Notes: generated from the sequence alone by a model not told the origin. Shown: positions 9,564 to 19,855, counted from the first letter of the stretch. The stretch: DNA of 64,000 bases from Nitrososphaerota archaeon (GCA_011605725.1 JAAOZP010000011.1:64001-128000); one strand, 5' to 3'. A program made the numbers and translations.

Positions 9564-10640
9564 TCAAACAAGGTATTTGGAAATGTATTTTCTGCCAGCA
9601 TATTCTTCAATCAGCTTCTCATCTATCGGGTACGTACCGTATTTCTCGGTTAACTTTATCATCAGCATGTAGTTGGAAGGCTTTACCGCCGGATGGATAC
9701 TGTTGCTTGAAGCCATAATGTGGCCTCCGCCGGGAGAAGCCTTCGCAATAGTCTCCTTAACAGCCTCCTCAACCTCCTTCTCGCTGCCAAACGGTAGAAC
9801 ATAGGAGCAGTCAACATTCCCGATTACAGCTATCCTCCCACCGTACTTCCTCTTAACCTCCCCTATATCCATCCCTGCAATCGGCTCTATCGGGTCGAGA
9901 GCATCGATTCCCGAGTTAACGATCATGTCGATTATCGGCCAAAGGTATCCATCGGTATGCTTTATGAATGGAGCTCCAAGCCTCTTAGCTGTTTGAACAA
10001 CCTTCTTCAAATATGGTAAGATAAACTCTTCGAATTGTCTCACCGTCATGAATGGCCCTTTTCTGTCAGCGTAATCATCCCCGGTTAAAACAACGTCAGC
10101 CCCCATTCTAACAGCTCTCTCAATAACCCTACATTTATACTCTGAAATGGTTTCGCTCAACCTATGGATGAAATCCCTATTCTTATGGTAGTGAAGGAAA
10201 AGACTCTGTAAGCCGCCGACTAAATAGTGTGAAAACTCGAACGTCTCATGGCTGAGCAGCACTATCGCACGCTCCCCTTTAAACCTGTCGACATATGTTT
10301 CAAGCGTTTTAAGCCTCCAGTCTGCATCCGGGTCTGGGGGAGAATACTTGCTCAAGTCGCTGGGATTCTTTATCGGGCCTTTAACAGGATAGTTTATACC
10401 AGCGTCAATCGGCTTCCACCCTATTCCCCATTCATCCACAAGGTATTCCCCATTCTTCTTAAACCTTTGATCCTCGCTTACACATATTCCGTCCAAACCT
10501 GCCCACTCGACGAAGTCGGCATAGGTCCCACCTGGAAGCAGGCTTTTTATAACGGGCTCGTTTATTATGAGCTCCCAGAGGGGAACCCTGTCAGGCTGCT
10601 GTCTGTTCAACGCCTTCAGAAACCTGTCTCGAGGCTTCAC
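9564..10640 (-). CDS. Uroporphyrinogen decarboxylase (URO-D)/MtaA-CmuA fold protein
   Basis: MKPRDRF..AL...PDRVP, DEWG, GDDYA, KHTDG, GNVD, GGGHIMASSNSI. Confidence 0.85.
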   Translation of the reverse strand: MKPRDRFLKALNRQQPDRVPLWELIINEPVIKSLLPGGTYADFVEWAGLDGICVSEDQRFKKNGEYLVDEWGIGWKPIDAGINYPVKGPIKNPSDLSKYSPPDPDADWRLKTLETYVDRFKGERAIVLLSHETFEFSHYLVGGLQSLFLHYHKNRDFIHRLSETISEYKCRVIERAVRMGADVVLTGDDYADRKGPFMTVRQFEEFILPYLKKVVQTAKRLGAPFIKHTDGYLWPIIDMIVNSGIDALDPIEPIAGMDIGEVKRKYGGRIAVIGNVDCSYVLPFGSEKEVEEAVKETIAKASPGGGHIMASSNSIHPAVKPSNYMLMIKLTEKYGTYPIDEKLIEEYAGRKYISKYLV

Positions 10641-10673
10641 GAAAAACGTGGACCCACCGTTATTTATAAATTT

Positions 10674-11477
10674 TCAAGACACGTTTGAAAACGACTTCGC
10701 CAGAACCTCCAGTGCGAATCTGAGCTCTTCCCTAGGGTCATCCGTAAACCTTGCCTCTATTGACACCGCATCCTTATAACCTATTTCGCGGAAACATTGG
10801 AAGAGCTTGGAGAAATCTATAATGCCTCTTCCAGGCACCCTGCTGTTGTTATCCGCAAGATGCATATGGATGATTCTTCTCCCAGCCTTTCTTAACGATT
10901 CCATCAGGTCTTGTTCTTCTCTTATCATGTGTCTGATGTCCGCCGTTATCCCGATAAACTCGGAGTTAATGTTCTCAATAAGTTTCAAGGCTTCTTCAAC
11001 CGTGTTCACGAAGTTCGTCTCATTCTTAGGCAGCGGCTCAATGCCGAACCTTACGTCAAACTCTTCCCCCGCCTTAGCAGCTGTCTTCAAAACCTCAAGG
11101 TTTCTTTCAAAACCCTTTTCGACCGACACATCTGAAGGTATGCTTCTAGCCTTTCCGGAGCCCCATACTAAAACGGGACACCCGATTTCCGACGCGGCTT
11201 CCGCAAGCCTGTAAGTATACTCTATGCTTCTCCTCCTCAAGCGGTCGGAGTTGGAGGTATGCGAGAAACCCGAGGGATAAATAATGTTTGAAGCCACTAT
11301 GCTGACTCCGTAAGAGTTGGAAAGCTCCCTCATCTTCCGCAAATCCTCCTTAGAAACCGTGAAAGGGTTGATCTGCAGCGACCCCGGGATTTCTATCGCT
11401 TTAATCCCGATTTCAGTAAGCATTTTCAAATTTTCCTCAGTAGCCTGCATACAGACCGCGATTCTCCAGTTCAACAT
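10674..11477 (-). CDS. Sugar-phosphate isomerase/epimerase (xylose-isomerase-like TIM barrel, ketose 3-epimerase-like)
   Basis: IEPLPKNETNFVNT, DIRHM, HMHLADNN..PGRG, SIEA metal-binding motifs. Confidence 0.85.
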   Translation of the reverse strand: MLNWRIAVCMQATEENLKMLTEIGIKAIEIPGSLQINPFTVSKEDLRKMRELSNSYGVSIVASNIIYPSGFSHTSNSDRLRRRSIEYTYRLAEAASEIGCPVLVWGSGKARSIPSDVSVEKGFERNLEVLKTAAKAGEEFDVRFGIEPLPKNETNFVNTVEEALKLIENINSEFIGITADIRHMIREEQDLMESLRKAGRRIIHMHLADNNSRVPGRGIIDFSKLFQCFREIGYKDAVSIEARFTDDPREELRFALEVLAKSFSNVS

Positions 11478-11517
11478 TTTTTAAACATCATAAACATTAC
11501 TTAAGGTTAACCCTGCC

Positions 11518-13683
11518 TCATCCTGGTGACTTAAGTTCACCCATGAGTTTTACGACTTTTCTCCTGAACGATAAATAGGCTCCGGTAAATTCTTCCAAAG
11601 TCTTTAAGCAAGGCCCATAGTTCGGCCAGTCTGCTGTCCCAACTCCCCTGCTGCCATAATCCCCATCTACTCCTGCTTCTTTCAAAAGACTGTTTAACTC
11701 CGGAGAGGCTTCGTATGCTTTTACAAAATCTTCAACATCCATAAGGACTTTGAGAGCTTCATGATTTAAAGCCTTGATGATAGAATCCTCATAATCCTCT
11801 GCTCTGAAACCTTCTGTAAGAGCAGCCTTAACCACAGCCAACTGGTGATTCGGGAACTCGGTGTTCGTCACGTTTCTCCTTGAAAGGGTTAGAAAAGTAT
11901 CCTCAGGCTTGCGTTTAGAAGCAGGAAGCAGGTCTATCCTGTTAATGATTAATTCTGCCTGTTCACGCGAAACCCCGCATTTCCTTGCCAAGTATTCAAC
12001 CCATTTAGACCTGTTCACCGGTGAGAACAATATTTCGAAGACTCTTCGAGCAACATAAGTCCCGGACATTTTAACCGCATCTTCAAGGATCTTCAGCATG
12101 TCGAATACCTGCTCCTTGTCGCCGTAAGCTCCGGTTGAAACCAGAATTTCAGCAAACATCTTGTTAAGCAAGCTTCCGAGAAGCCTCCTGCTTGTAAGGT
12201 GCTCCACCTTACCCTTAAGGTCTTTAACACGGAATCCTTCCATCTCCTCCTCTCTTAATCTAAGTTCATGCGCCATCTTCTCAAGAAGGGCTTCTTTAAA
12301 GCTATTGCTCAACTTTTCAAGCGCATTAAGCAAAAGGCCAGTAGCAATGCTTTCTCTTAGATGATCCTCAAGCCGACCACCCATGTTTGTATCGTATGTT
12401 TGCGTCGGCACAATGCCCTTTCTAACCGCCATTGCCATCCCCTCCATGGCCGTCACCCCCAGTATTACTTCCTGTGATACTGTGTAGCTGAGCGTAATAT
12501 TCTGTCCTATCCCTGCTTCATTGATTTTCCTAACTATTTCTATAGAAGAAGGATAGGCGGCTGCAACCTTTATAACGAGGTTTGGTCTACCCTTTTCACG
12601 AGGCTCTCTGTAACCCCAGAATAAATGCTCATCGTACACCTTTAAATCGTTCTCAAGCTTCTCAGCGAAGCTTATTGCAGCAGCGATACTTTTATCAACG
12701 TCCCCGGAGATTAACGGGTTAAGCTGATAACTTACGAGGCCATCCTGGTATTTCGACAGTGCGAACGGTACTCTGAAGACGTAGAAGTTTTCAAGCAGAG
12801 CAAACCTTGTTGCCTCCATAGCTATATCGTCAGCATACCTATCGGGTTCCAAGAACCATTCCGGATACTGTTTTCGTAGGCTTTCCTCAGCATATTTTTT
12901 GAAAGACTCCCATAGATAGGGGTCGTCCTCATATGCTAGAGCTGCGAGCACAGGATTGGTTGAAACCTGAACGTAACCCAGGTGCCTCAACCATCTTAAG
13001 CCAAGAGCATAATCGTTTCCAAACTTGCATAAACCCTTTTTATAGGCTAGGTAGTAAAAATTGTTATTCAAAGTCTTCTCGACGGCATTAACATAGCTTT
13101 CCGTCAACGATTCTGTTTCAAGCTCCTTCTCTATTTCCTCCGCCATCCATGCAACAAGGCTATTGCCCTTGTTTACAAGCTTCATTCTCTCGAGTTGGCT
13201 TGCTATAGTGCATCTATAAACAATAGGCTTGCCGAGTTCTTCTTTTTCCATGTTCTCACACTTCTTCAAAAAGCCAGAGATTATTCTAATTGCCTCCGAT
13301 GCTTCGTAATCTGAGAAACCTACCCATGTTTTTTCAACACCAGTAAGATTCCAAATCGTTTCAAGTAGAGAATCGTAAACCCTATACCTTGCAACAATAA
13401 TCCTGTCGAGTTTTTCCCTGTCATGCTGTTCTCCAAAGTTGAATCTCGTTAAGACTGTTTCAAGCCTATCTGTTAAAGAGCTCGCGATTTCAACAAGTCT
13501 TCCCTTAATCTCTGGATGCAGCAAATGGTCTGAGGCGAGTTTAGTATGCCCATCTAAAGCAGTCTTGATAATATGATCCACATGGTCCACGCGAAACGGG
13601 ACAGGGAGGCTTAGTGGTAACTGATGCGTTCTTAATATGACACCTGACGCATAATCGCAAGAAACGCTCCTATTTGTTCCCAT
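11518..13683 (-). CDS. Large transaldolase-family protein with a long N-terminal extension
   Basis: FGND, STNPVL, VSYQLNP, PNLVIKV (Schiff-base Lys), NITLSYTVSQ, MGGRLED, LPASKR. Start 13683 is supported by an upstream BRE/TATA. Confidence 0.78.
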   Translation of the reverse strand: MGTNRSVSCDYASGVILRTHQLPLSLPVPFRVDHVDHIIKTALDGHTKLASDHLLHPEIKGRLVEIASSLTDRLETVLTRFNFGEQHDREKLDRIIVARYRVYDSLLETIWNLTGVEKTWVGFSDYEASEAIRIISGFLKKCENMEKEELGKPIVYRCTIASQLERMKLVNKGNSLVAWMAEEIEKELETESLTESYVNAVEKTLNNNFYYLAYKKGLCKFGNDYALGLRWLRHLGYVQVSTNPVLAALAYEDDPYLWESFKKYAEESLRKQYPEWFLEPDRYADDIAMEATRFALLENFYVFRVPFALSKYQDGLVSYQLNPLISGDVDKSIAAAISFAEKLENDLKVYDEHLFWGYREPREKGRPNLVIKVAAAYPSSIEIVRKINEAGIGQNITLSYTVSQEVILGVTAMEGMAMAVRKGIVPTQTYDTNMGGRLEDHLRESIATGLLLNALEKLSNSFKEALLEKMAHELRLREEEMEGFRVKDLKGKVEHLTSRRLLGSLLNKMFAEILVSTGAYGDKEQVFDMLKILEDAVKMSGTYVARRVFEILFSPVNRSKWVEYLARKCGVSREQAELIINRIDLLPASKRKPEDTFLTLSRRNVTNTEFPNHQLAVVKAALTEGFRAEDYEDSIIKALNHEALKVLMDVEDFVKAYEASPELNSLLKEAGVDGDYGSRGVGTADWPNYGPCLKTLEEFTGAYLSFRRKVVKLMGELKSPG

Positions 13684-13707
13684 ACAACGTTTACCCGAAT
13701 CAAAGAG

Positions 13708-13721
13708 CTTATAAGTTTTTT
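13708..13721 (-). promoter_or_regulatory. BRE/TATA promoter (AAAAAA-CTTATAAG) of the transaldolase gene, probably leaderless
   Basis: TATA ends 24 nt before the ATG at 13683. Confidence 0.6.
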
Positions 13722-13914
13722 GAAGAAACGGTCCAGTCAGAACGAAGCCTGAATTCAAGATATGAGAATAACATCCAGGTTTTTCGATTCATGATGCAGA
13801 CATGTGAGCAAGAATATACATGGCACCATGAATGTCATAATAGCCTTCTCCAACATATTCGTCCAATACGTCGAAAATTAATATCATACATGTTTAAATA
13901 ACAAATAATTTAAT

Positions 13915-14982
13915 TCATTTTAATGCAACCCTATAATTGTTTGCTGCCTCGTATAGGGTTAAAATGTTTTCAATCGGCGTGTTTCTGAGAATCGTGTGGC
14001 TCGGCCTTAGTGTATACCCTGTTGGCCCAAGAATTCTTATGGCTTCCTTAACTTCCTGCTCTATTTCCGTCCTGTTTTTAAAAGGGAGTGTTTGAACACC
14101 TATTCCACCTTCGAAACTTAGTTTCTCGCCGTACTTCTCCTTTATTTTCGCGATACTCATGCTCTCCGGTTGGAGTGGTTCTAAGACATCTACTCCTATT
14201 TCAACGAGATCCTGAATAATGGGTTCGATCCAACCGTCGCTGTGAAAATGAAAGAAAGCTCCCCCTTTATGTATTACTTCGGCAAGCCTCTTATATCTTG
14301 GTTTCAGAAACCTTCTCCACTGAGCGGGGGAAATCAGCATGGTTGTCTGCGCGCCAACATCATCACCATTATAAACCTGGTCTACACCTGCTTCAACGAG
14401 AAGACTAGCCTGCTTACAGGATAGTTCGAAAAGCCTATCTAGGACGTACTCCACTTTACTGGGCTCACTAACCATTAGTTTAAAAATCTCGTTGTATCCA
14501 AATAGTGCACAAGCAGTTTCAAAAGCTTGCAGAGTAAAACCTACAACACAGTAATCCTCGTATCCTCTTCTAAATTTTTCAACCTTTTCGAAATCTTCTT
14601 CCCTTATTTCTGGGAAAGGATAGTCCTTCACCTCCATATGTTTTAAAGGATGGTCAACGTAAAAACTGGTCAACTCGTTTCCTGAAACCATTGAAAGAAT
14701 GCCCCACTGGTTTCTCCGAAGAACCCTGCCTCGAGAGTCTTTAAAACTCTCCTCTTTAAAACCTCCTTTCAAACCAATCCCTATTGCATCGATCCCGACA
14801 TTCCCGCGGTAATCTATTTTTAGAAACTCGTACAGCTTCTCCGTATCCTCTAAACCAAGATGATTCATCAGGCTTCTTAAGGGTTCTGGAGAATCTATCC
14901 AAATATTGATGGGAATATAGTCTACTTCCTCTCTTTTAACCGTTCTCCAGCATCTTTCCCTTGAACTGTACTTCGCCCGCAT
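13915..14982 (-). CDS. URO-D/MtaA-CmuA fold protein
   Basis: SSRERC...VDYIP, QWG, GDDVG.Q..MLISP..WR.FLKP, FHSDG, PLQPE, PSHTI..TP.ENI. Start set at ATG 14982 from TATA spacing. Confidence 0.85.
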   Translation of the reverse strand: MRAKYSSRERCWRTVKREEVDYIPINIWIDSPEPLRSLMNHLGLEDTEKLYEFLKIDYRGNVGIDAIGIGLKGGFKEESFKDSRGRVLRRNQWGILSMVSGNELTSFYVDHPLKHMEVKDYPFPEIREEDFEKVEKFRRGYEDYCVVGFTLQAFETACALFGYNEIFKLMVSEPSKVEYVLDRLFELSCKQASLLVEAGVDQVYNGDDVGAQTTMLISPAQWRRFLKPRYKRLAEVIHKGGAFFHFHSDGWIEPIIQDLVEIGVDVLEPLQPESMSIAKIKEKYGEKLSFEGGIGVQTLPFKNRTEIEQEVKEAIRILGPTGYTLRPSHTILRNTPIENILTLYEAANNYRVALK

Positions 14983-15076
14983 CTCCGTCTGGGAAAATAC
15001 GCTTCGTTTTAAGTTTTTACTGCTTGAAAAGATTCGAACATTTGTTTTCAATTGTCATGCTAGCCCATCTGCAGCT

Positions 15077-16120
15077 TTACCGGATTAATGGGACCTGAAA
15101 CCCGCATTTAGTACACCTGCCTTCAGAAGACACGTTGATGCGTGAAACAGTGAAGCCTAGACGTTGAATCAGCAGTTCGCCACACATGGGGCACCAGGTG
15201 TTCTCGAATTTATGGCCCGGGACATTTCCAACATATGGGAACAGCACGCCTAATGATCGAGCTAGCTCCCTGGCTTTTTCCAGGGTTTTAACCGGAGTTG
15301 ATGGTGCTTTGAACATATACTCCGGATGATAGCGGGTAAAGTGGAGCGGCGTATCTGACCCAAGCATCTTGAGATGAGTCTCCACCAGTTGTCTTATGCA
15401 ATATTCATCATCATTAACCCCAGGGATCACTAGGTTAACTATCTCCACGTGGAGTCCAAGCTCTTTGGCTCTATGCGCATTCCTCCATACAATGCTTGCC
15501 TTAACTCCGCCGCAATACTTCTCGTAAACCTCCTCATCCCCTTTAACGTCGAACTTTATCGCATCCAGTCCTGCTTCAGCAAGGGCCTGGAGTGTTTTCA
15601 GCGTCATGTACCCGTTTGAAACAAAAGTGTTGTAAAGTCCTTTATTCCTGGCTAACGGGAAGAGGTCAAGACTGTATTCCAGTAGGAGAGTGGGCTCGTT
15701 AAAAGATATGGATGTTCCGTCGCACCCGCTTTTCAAAGCCACGTCTATAAGTTGCTCAGGACTTACATACTGTGCCCTCCTAGGATCCGGCCGGTTCTTA
15801 GATATGTCGAAATTCTGGCACCAAGGGCAGGAAAAATTGCAGCTCCATGTTCCAACAGTAAGCGCGTAGCTTCCAGGGTGGAAATGGAAAAAAGGTTTTT
15901 TCTCAATAGGGTTTGCTGAAATGGAGGATATGTCTCCATAGACAATCGTGTATAGTTTTCCCTCAACATTCACCCTAGTGCCGCAGAATCCTTGAGAACC
16001 CTCTTTAATTTTACACTGCCGCTCGCAAGCTAGACATACTGTCTCATCAATCCCTGTCTTCTCGTAAAACCTCGCCTCCCTAACTGTTGGGAACCGTGTG
16101 AGTTCAACCCCCTGCTTCAC
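15077..16120 (-). CDS. amrS: AmmeMemoRadiSam system radical SAM enzyme
   Basis: CLACERQC...GFCGTR, PIEKKPFFHFHPG, radical SAM CNFSCPWCQN, FNEPT, YVGNVPG...TWCPMC. Confidence 0.9.
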   Translation of the reverse strand: MKQGVELTRFPTVREARFYEKTGIDETVCLACERQCKIKEGSQGFCGTRVNVEGKLYTIVYGDISSISANPIEKKPFFHFHPGSYALTVGTWSCNFSCPWCQNFDISKNRPDPRRAQYVSPEQLIDVALKSGCDGTSISFNEPTLLLEYSLDLFPLARNKGLYNTFVSNGYMTLKTLQALAEAGLDAIKFDVKGDEEVYEKYCGGVKASIVWRNAHRAKELGLHVEIVNLVIPGVNDDEYCIRQLVETHLKMLGSDTPLHFTRYHPEYMFKAPSTPVKTLEKARELARSLGVLFPYVGNVPGHKFENTWCPMCGELLIQRLGFTVSRINVSSEGRCTKCGFQVPLIR

Positions 16121-16510
16121 AGGTTTCTAAACGGCCTTCAGCGTAAAAGTCTTTCCATATCGATTTTTAGCCTAGAGTCTTTTATGGCTTGGAGAAAAAG
16201 GGGCGTAAGAAGAGGATAGTTAAGGTTTTTATGAAATCTGCTCAGGCATTCGGTGGATGGAAAGGAGGCGAGATCGTTGAGAAATGAGTGATGAGAGCAT
16301 AGTGGGCAGATGGTGGAATGAATACTCTCTTCCGAATCATGGAAGAAATACGGGCTTAACAAGACTAGTGTGCAACAAAGCAAACCATGAGCCTTCTGAA
16401 CAGTTTTTCAACACACCATGACAAGAATAGGCTTCACGAGGCTTATTGCAGGAAAAAGTTGGGGTTGAAAGCAGGCCCGCTGGCTTTAATGCATGACTTT
16501 AAAAAGGGAA

Positions 16511-18160
16511 CTACCTTAGCTTTGAGTCTATTCTCCCCGCAGCTCCCCAGAATCTTTCAACAACTTTCTCTAGCCCGTGTGGCTTCCGCTCAGAGAGCCA
16601 GAGCTTGCAATATTTGTTCGCAAGATAAATGAAGTCTGACGGTTTCACCTCGTTCTTTAGCCTTTTTAAACCCACTTCGATGCAACTCCTTATGAACTCC
16701 AGATCCTCTGGAAGGTTCACCATATGTTTCTCTTTCAAAAGTTTTTCCCAAGAGGTTTTCAAGGACTCTCCATTCGCTTCAGACATCCTGTAGTACCAGA
16801 AGTCCGCGAACAACACGTGTTTCAAGTTTTCTGAAACATCGGGCTGTCCAAAAGCTTTCCTCACTTCAACAATCTCCATGGGTTCTCCTGTTAAAGCACT
16901 CCACTTCTCCTCCCACCTGCCGTCTCCTTCAGCGTACTCGATACACGCTAAAATAAGCGGCTCAAGGAATGAGAAGAGGCATTCCTCACCATCGTCACCC
17001 CAGGCTGTTAAGAGGAATCCTGAAAGGCCCTCTGCCTTGGCTGCCAACAGAAAGCCCTTCATGTTTTCCAAGGCTGTTTTAAAATTCGGATAATACCTGT
17101 TCCAATTAGAGAGGCCTGGGCACACTATCTGCTTCATCTTTTTTTCACCAAACATGTTTATCTTGTTCCTGAAATACTTCTCATCACCAGGACTGTAATC
17201 CCAGTTTGCAATCACAACATCCTGCCAGATGGGGCTTTTTACAACCTCTGACCATTTAGCCTTCTCCTCCTCTCTCAAGTACATTCCAGTAAGCATGTCT
17301 CCCCATAGTATCGGGATCTTACCCTTTTCTTTAACAATGTTAACCATGTTTCTATGATGAGTCTCGTAGAGCTTTGGTCCTTCGAAAACTCCTGTTTTAT
17401 CAAGGCTTCTTCCTCTTCCCATGGCCCAAGTCTCGTCTCCACCTATGTGAATGTGTTTGGAAGGTGAGGCTTCAATCGCTTCCCTAAGAAGATCATACGC
17501 GAACTCCCTGGCCTTCTCGTTGCTAACATCCAAGCATCCTTCCCCTGGCCTATGCCACTCGCTGAACCCCCAGTATTCCGGAAGCGAAAGAATATGCTCC
17601 ATGTGGCCAGCTAGCTCCAGCGACGGGAAAACCTCTATTCCAAGCTCCCTCCCATAGTTCACTACTTCTGAATACTCTTCCCTGGAGAGCCTACCCCTAT
17701 GTATTCCTATGCTGGGATGTCTCTCCCAAGGGAAAAGGTCTTCAAAATAAATAGCGAAATAGTTGTATTTCAGGAGGAACAACCATCGCAAAATCTTTTT
17801 AAAAGTTTCAACAGTAGGGACTCCTCCACGCGCGATATCCAAGTGGTAACCTCGGAAAGAGAATTTAAGCTCCTCCTCAATACTCACTTCCGGAATATAT
17901 CCCGGGTTCTGCTTTAGAAGCTGGATTATCGTCGCATAACATATTTTCTCATCCCCCCAGATGATGATCTCTCTACTTTCCCCTTTCACCTCTAAACCGT
18001 TCCCGCTTCTCCAAGTCTTAACTATTCTCCAAGAACCTCTAGGAATGTTAAACTCCCTGCCTAGGAACTCTGGAAGGTTTAAACCGTCAAACTGGAACCA
18101 TTTTCCCGAGAAAACAAGTTTCCTCGGCTCTGGAACTATTTCAACAGCCTTCTTAACCAT
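16511..18160 (-). CDS. Beta-N-acetylhexosaminidase, GH20
   Basis: RGYHLDIARG, LELAGHME, HIHIGGDE catalytic pair, WGDM, WDY, TAWGDDG. Confidence 0.9.
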   Translation of the reverse strand: MVKKAVEIVPEPRKLVFSGKWFQFDGLNLPEFLGREFNIPRGSWRIVKTWRSGNGLEVKGESREIIIWGDEKICYATIIQLLKQNPGYIPEVSIEEELKFSFRGYHLDIARGGVPTVETFKKILRWLFLLKYNYFAIYFEDLFPWERHPSIGIHRGRLSREEYSEVVNYGRELGIEVFPSLELAGHMEHILSLPEYWGFSEWHRPGEGCLDVSNEKAREFAYDLLREAIEASPSKHIHIGGDETWAMGRGRSLDKTGVFEGPKLYETHHRNMVNIVKEKGKIPILWGDMLTGMYLREEEKAKWSEVVKSPIWQDVVIANWDYSPGDEKYFRNKINMFGEKKMKQIVCPGLSNWNRYYPNFKTALENMKGFLLAAKAEGLSGFLLTAWGDDGEECLFSFLEPLILACIEYAEGDGRWEEKWSALTGEPMEIVEVRKAFGQPDVSENLKHVLFADFWYYRMSEANGESLKTSWEKLLKEKHMVNLPEDLEFIRSCIEVGLKRLKNEVKPSDFIYLANKYCKLWLSERKPHGLEKVVERFWGAAGRIDSKLR

Positions 18161-18249
18161 TTTTTCCCCGGTTCTCCACGATGCGGAGACATATAAAGTT
18201 TAATATTTTTACGGAAAAATTTAATTCCCCAGTTAGAGTATGTTTATCG

Positions 18250-18630
18250 ATGAAGCAGGAGGTTTCGACAGACGATTCTCCCAAGCCGATAGGACCGTAT
18301 TCTCAAGCCGTGCGTTCCGGAAACCTCGTGTTTCTCTCTGGAATAATACCAGTAGACCCTGCTACAGGGGAAATAATAAGGGGGGACGTGAAAAAAGCAA
18401 CTGAACAAGTGTTTAAAAACGCTTCTTCAATACTTAAAGCTGCGGGCGCTTCCCTGGATGATGTGGTTAAGGTTACAGTGTTCATGAAAGATTTAGCATT
18501 TTTCAACGAGATGAACGAAGTCTATTCTAAATGGTTTAAAAAGCCATATCCTGCGAGAACAACAGTTCAGGTGGCAGCGTTACCCAGGGGTGCCGACTTG
18601 GAAATGGATTTTATCGCGGAAACCAGATGA
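18250..18630 (+). CDS. ridA: RidA family enamine/imine deaminase
   Basis: PIGPYSQAV, FLSG.IP.DP, FNEMNEVY, PARTTVQVAALP. ATG 18250 lies about 25 nt after a TATA-like box. Confidence 0.93.
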   Translation: MKQEVSTDDSPKPIGPYSQAVRSGNLVFLSGIIPVDPATGEIIRGDVKKATEQVFKNASSILKAAGASLDDVVKVTVFMKDLAFFNEMNEVYSKWFKKPYPARTTVQVAALPRGADLEMDFIAETR

Positions 18631-18637
18631 TTCAGGG

Positions 18638-19855
18638 CTAAAATATCCTATAACTGAAGCCTTTTTGTTTCATGCATTTCCCCAATTCCTCCAGAGTCTC
18701 CCCTCTCGCGACCTCGACAACTATCTCCACGGTAGCCATCGCCGGAGGAATCCAAGGCTCGTTTCTTAAATGTATTAGGTCAACTATGTTCGCCTTAACA
18801 CTGGAAATGCATTCAAGCACCGTTCTCAGGCTTCCAGACCTGTCGGGGATTGTTACTATAAGCCTCACCATCCTGCCTTCCTGCCTGAGGCTTTGAGTAA
18901 TAATTCTGGCGAGCAGAAGCGGGTTAATGTTTCCACCGCTAATCACCACGCCAACTTTTCCTTGCTTCACATCCACCTTGTTGCACAGGACTGCAGCTAG
19001 GCTCGCAGCCCCAGCGGGCTCTGTAACCATCTTGGTCCTCTCAAGCAGGAGGAACATTGCGCGCATTATCTCCTCGTCGCTTACTGTCACGAAGTCGTCT
19101 ACGACTTCACAGGCTATTTTAAACGTCAGGTCGCCTGGCTTTTTCACCGATATGCCGTCGGCAATCGAGTAGCTCTTTGCAACGTCTACTATTCTCCCCT
19201 GCTTGAACGATTCGACGAAAGCAGGATAACTGTTAGTCTGAACGCCAATTATCTTTGTTTCCGGAGACAGTTTTTTAACAACCGTTCCGACTCCAGATAT
19301 CAAGCCTCCTCCTCCCACTGGAACGAAAAGGTAGTTCAATCCTTTGGTTTCACTGAGTATTTCGAAACCTATCGTCCCCTGTCCGCTCACAACATGCTTA
19401 TCATCGAAAGCATGAATCATCTTTACCTCTCTGGTTTTAGCGTACTCGAGCGCGTAGGCATAAGCATCGTCATAAGTCTCGCCGGCTAGAATCACGTTTG
19501 CACCATAGTTTCTTGTCGCCTCAATCTTATTCGGGTATGAAAACTCGGGCATGAATATCGTGCATTTCATCCCAAGCATTCTAGCGGCGAAAGCAACTCC
19601 TTGAGCATGGTTACCCGCGGAAGCAGCAACAACCTCTTTCACCCCCTCTTTCTTCGCAGCGATGCAAGCGTTAAGCGCCCCCCTAGCCTTGAAGGAACCT
19701 GTTTTCTGAAGGTTTTCAAGCTTAAGTAGAACCTCTGTCCCCACAATGTTGCTTATGGACTCGCTTCTCATGAAGGGCGTTTTATGAAGAAAGGAAGCTG
19801 TTGTTTCTAAAGCGTTTTTAGAAAGGTCGAAAATCTCATTTAAAAGCGAGCTCAT
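18638..19855 (-). CDS. ilvA: Threonine ammonia-lyase with C-terminal ACT domain
   Basis: KLENLQKTGSFKARG (PLP Lys), SAGNHAQG, PVGGGGLISG, SGGN, C-terminal IPDRSGSL ACT domain. Start set at ATG 19855. Confidence 0.92.
   Translation of the reverse strand: MSSLLNEIFDLSKNALETTASFLHKTPFMRSESISNIVGTEVLLKLENLQKTGSFKARGALNACIAAKKEGVKEVVAASAGNHAQGVAFAARMLGMKCTIFMPEFSYPNKIEATRNYGANVILAGETYDDAYAYALEYAKTREVKMIHAFDDKHVVSGQGTIGFEILSETKGLNYLFVPVGGGGLISGVGTVVKKLSPETKIIGVQTNSYPAFVESFKQGRIVDVAKSYSIADGISVKKPGDLTFKIACEVVDDFVTVSDEEIMRAMFLLLERTKMVTEPAGAASLAAVLCNKVDVKQGKVGVVISGGNINPLLLARIITQSLRQEGRMVRLIVTIPDRSGSLRTVLECISSVKANIVDLIHLRNEPWIPPAMATVEIVVEVARGETLEELGKCMKQKGFSYRIF

Noticed and set aside
18250-19855. ridA next to ilvA as a novel system
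   Set aside because: This is a well-known functional pairing: RidA removes enamines made by threonine dehydratase.
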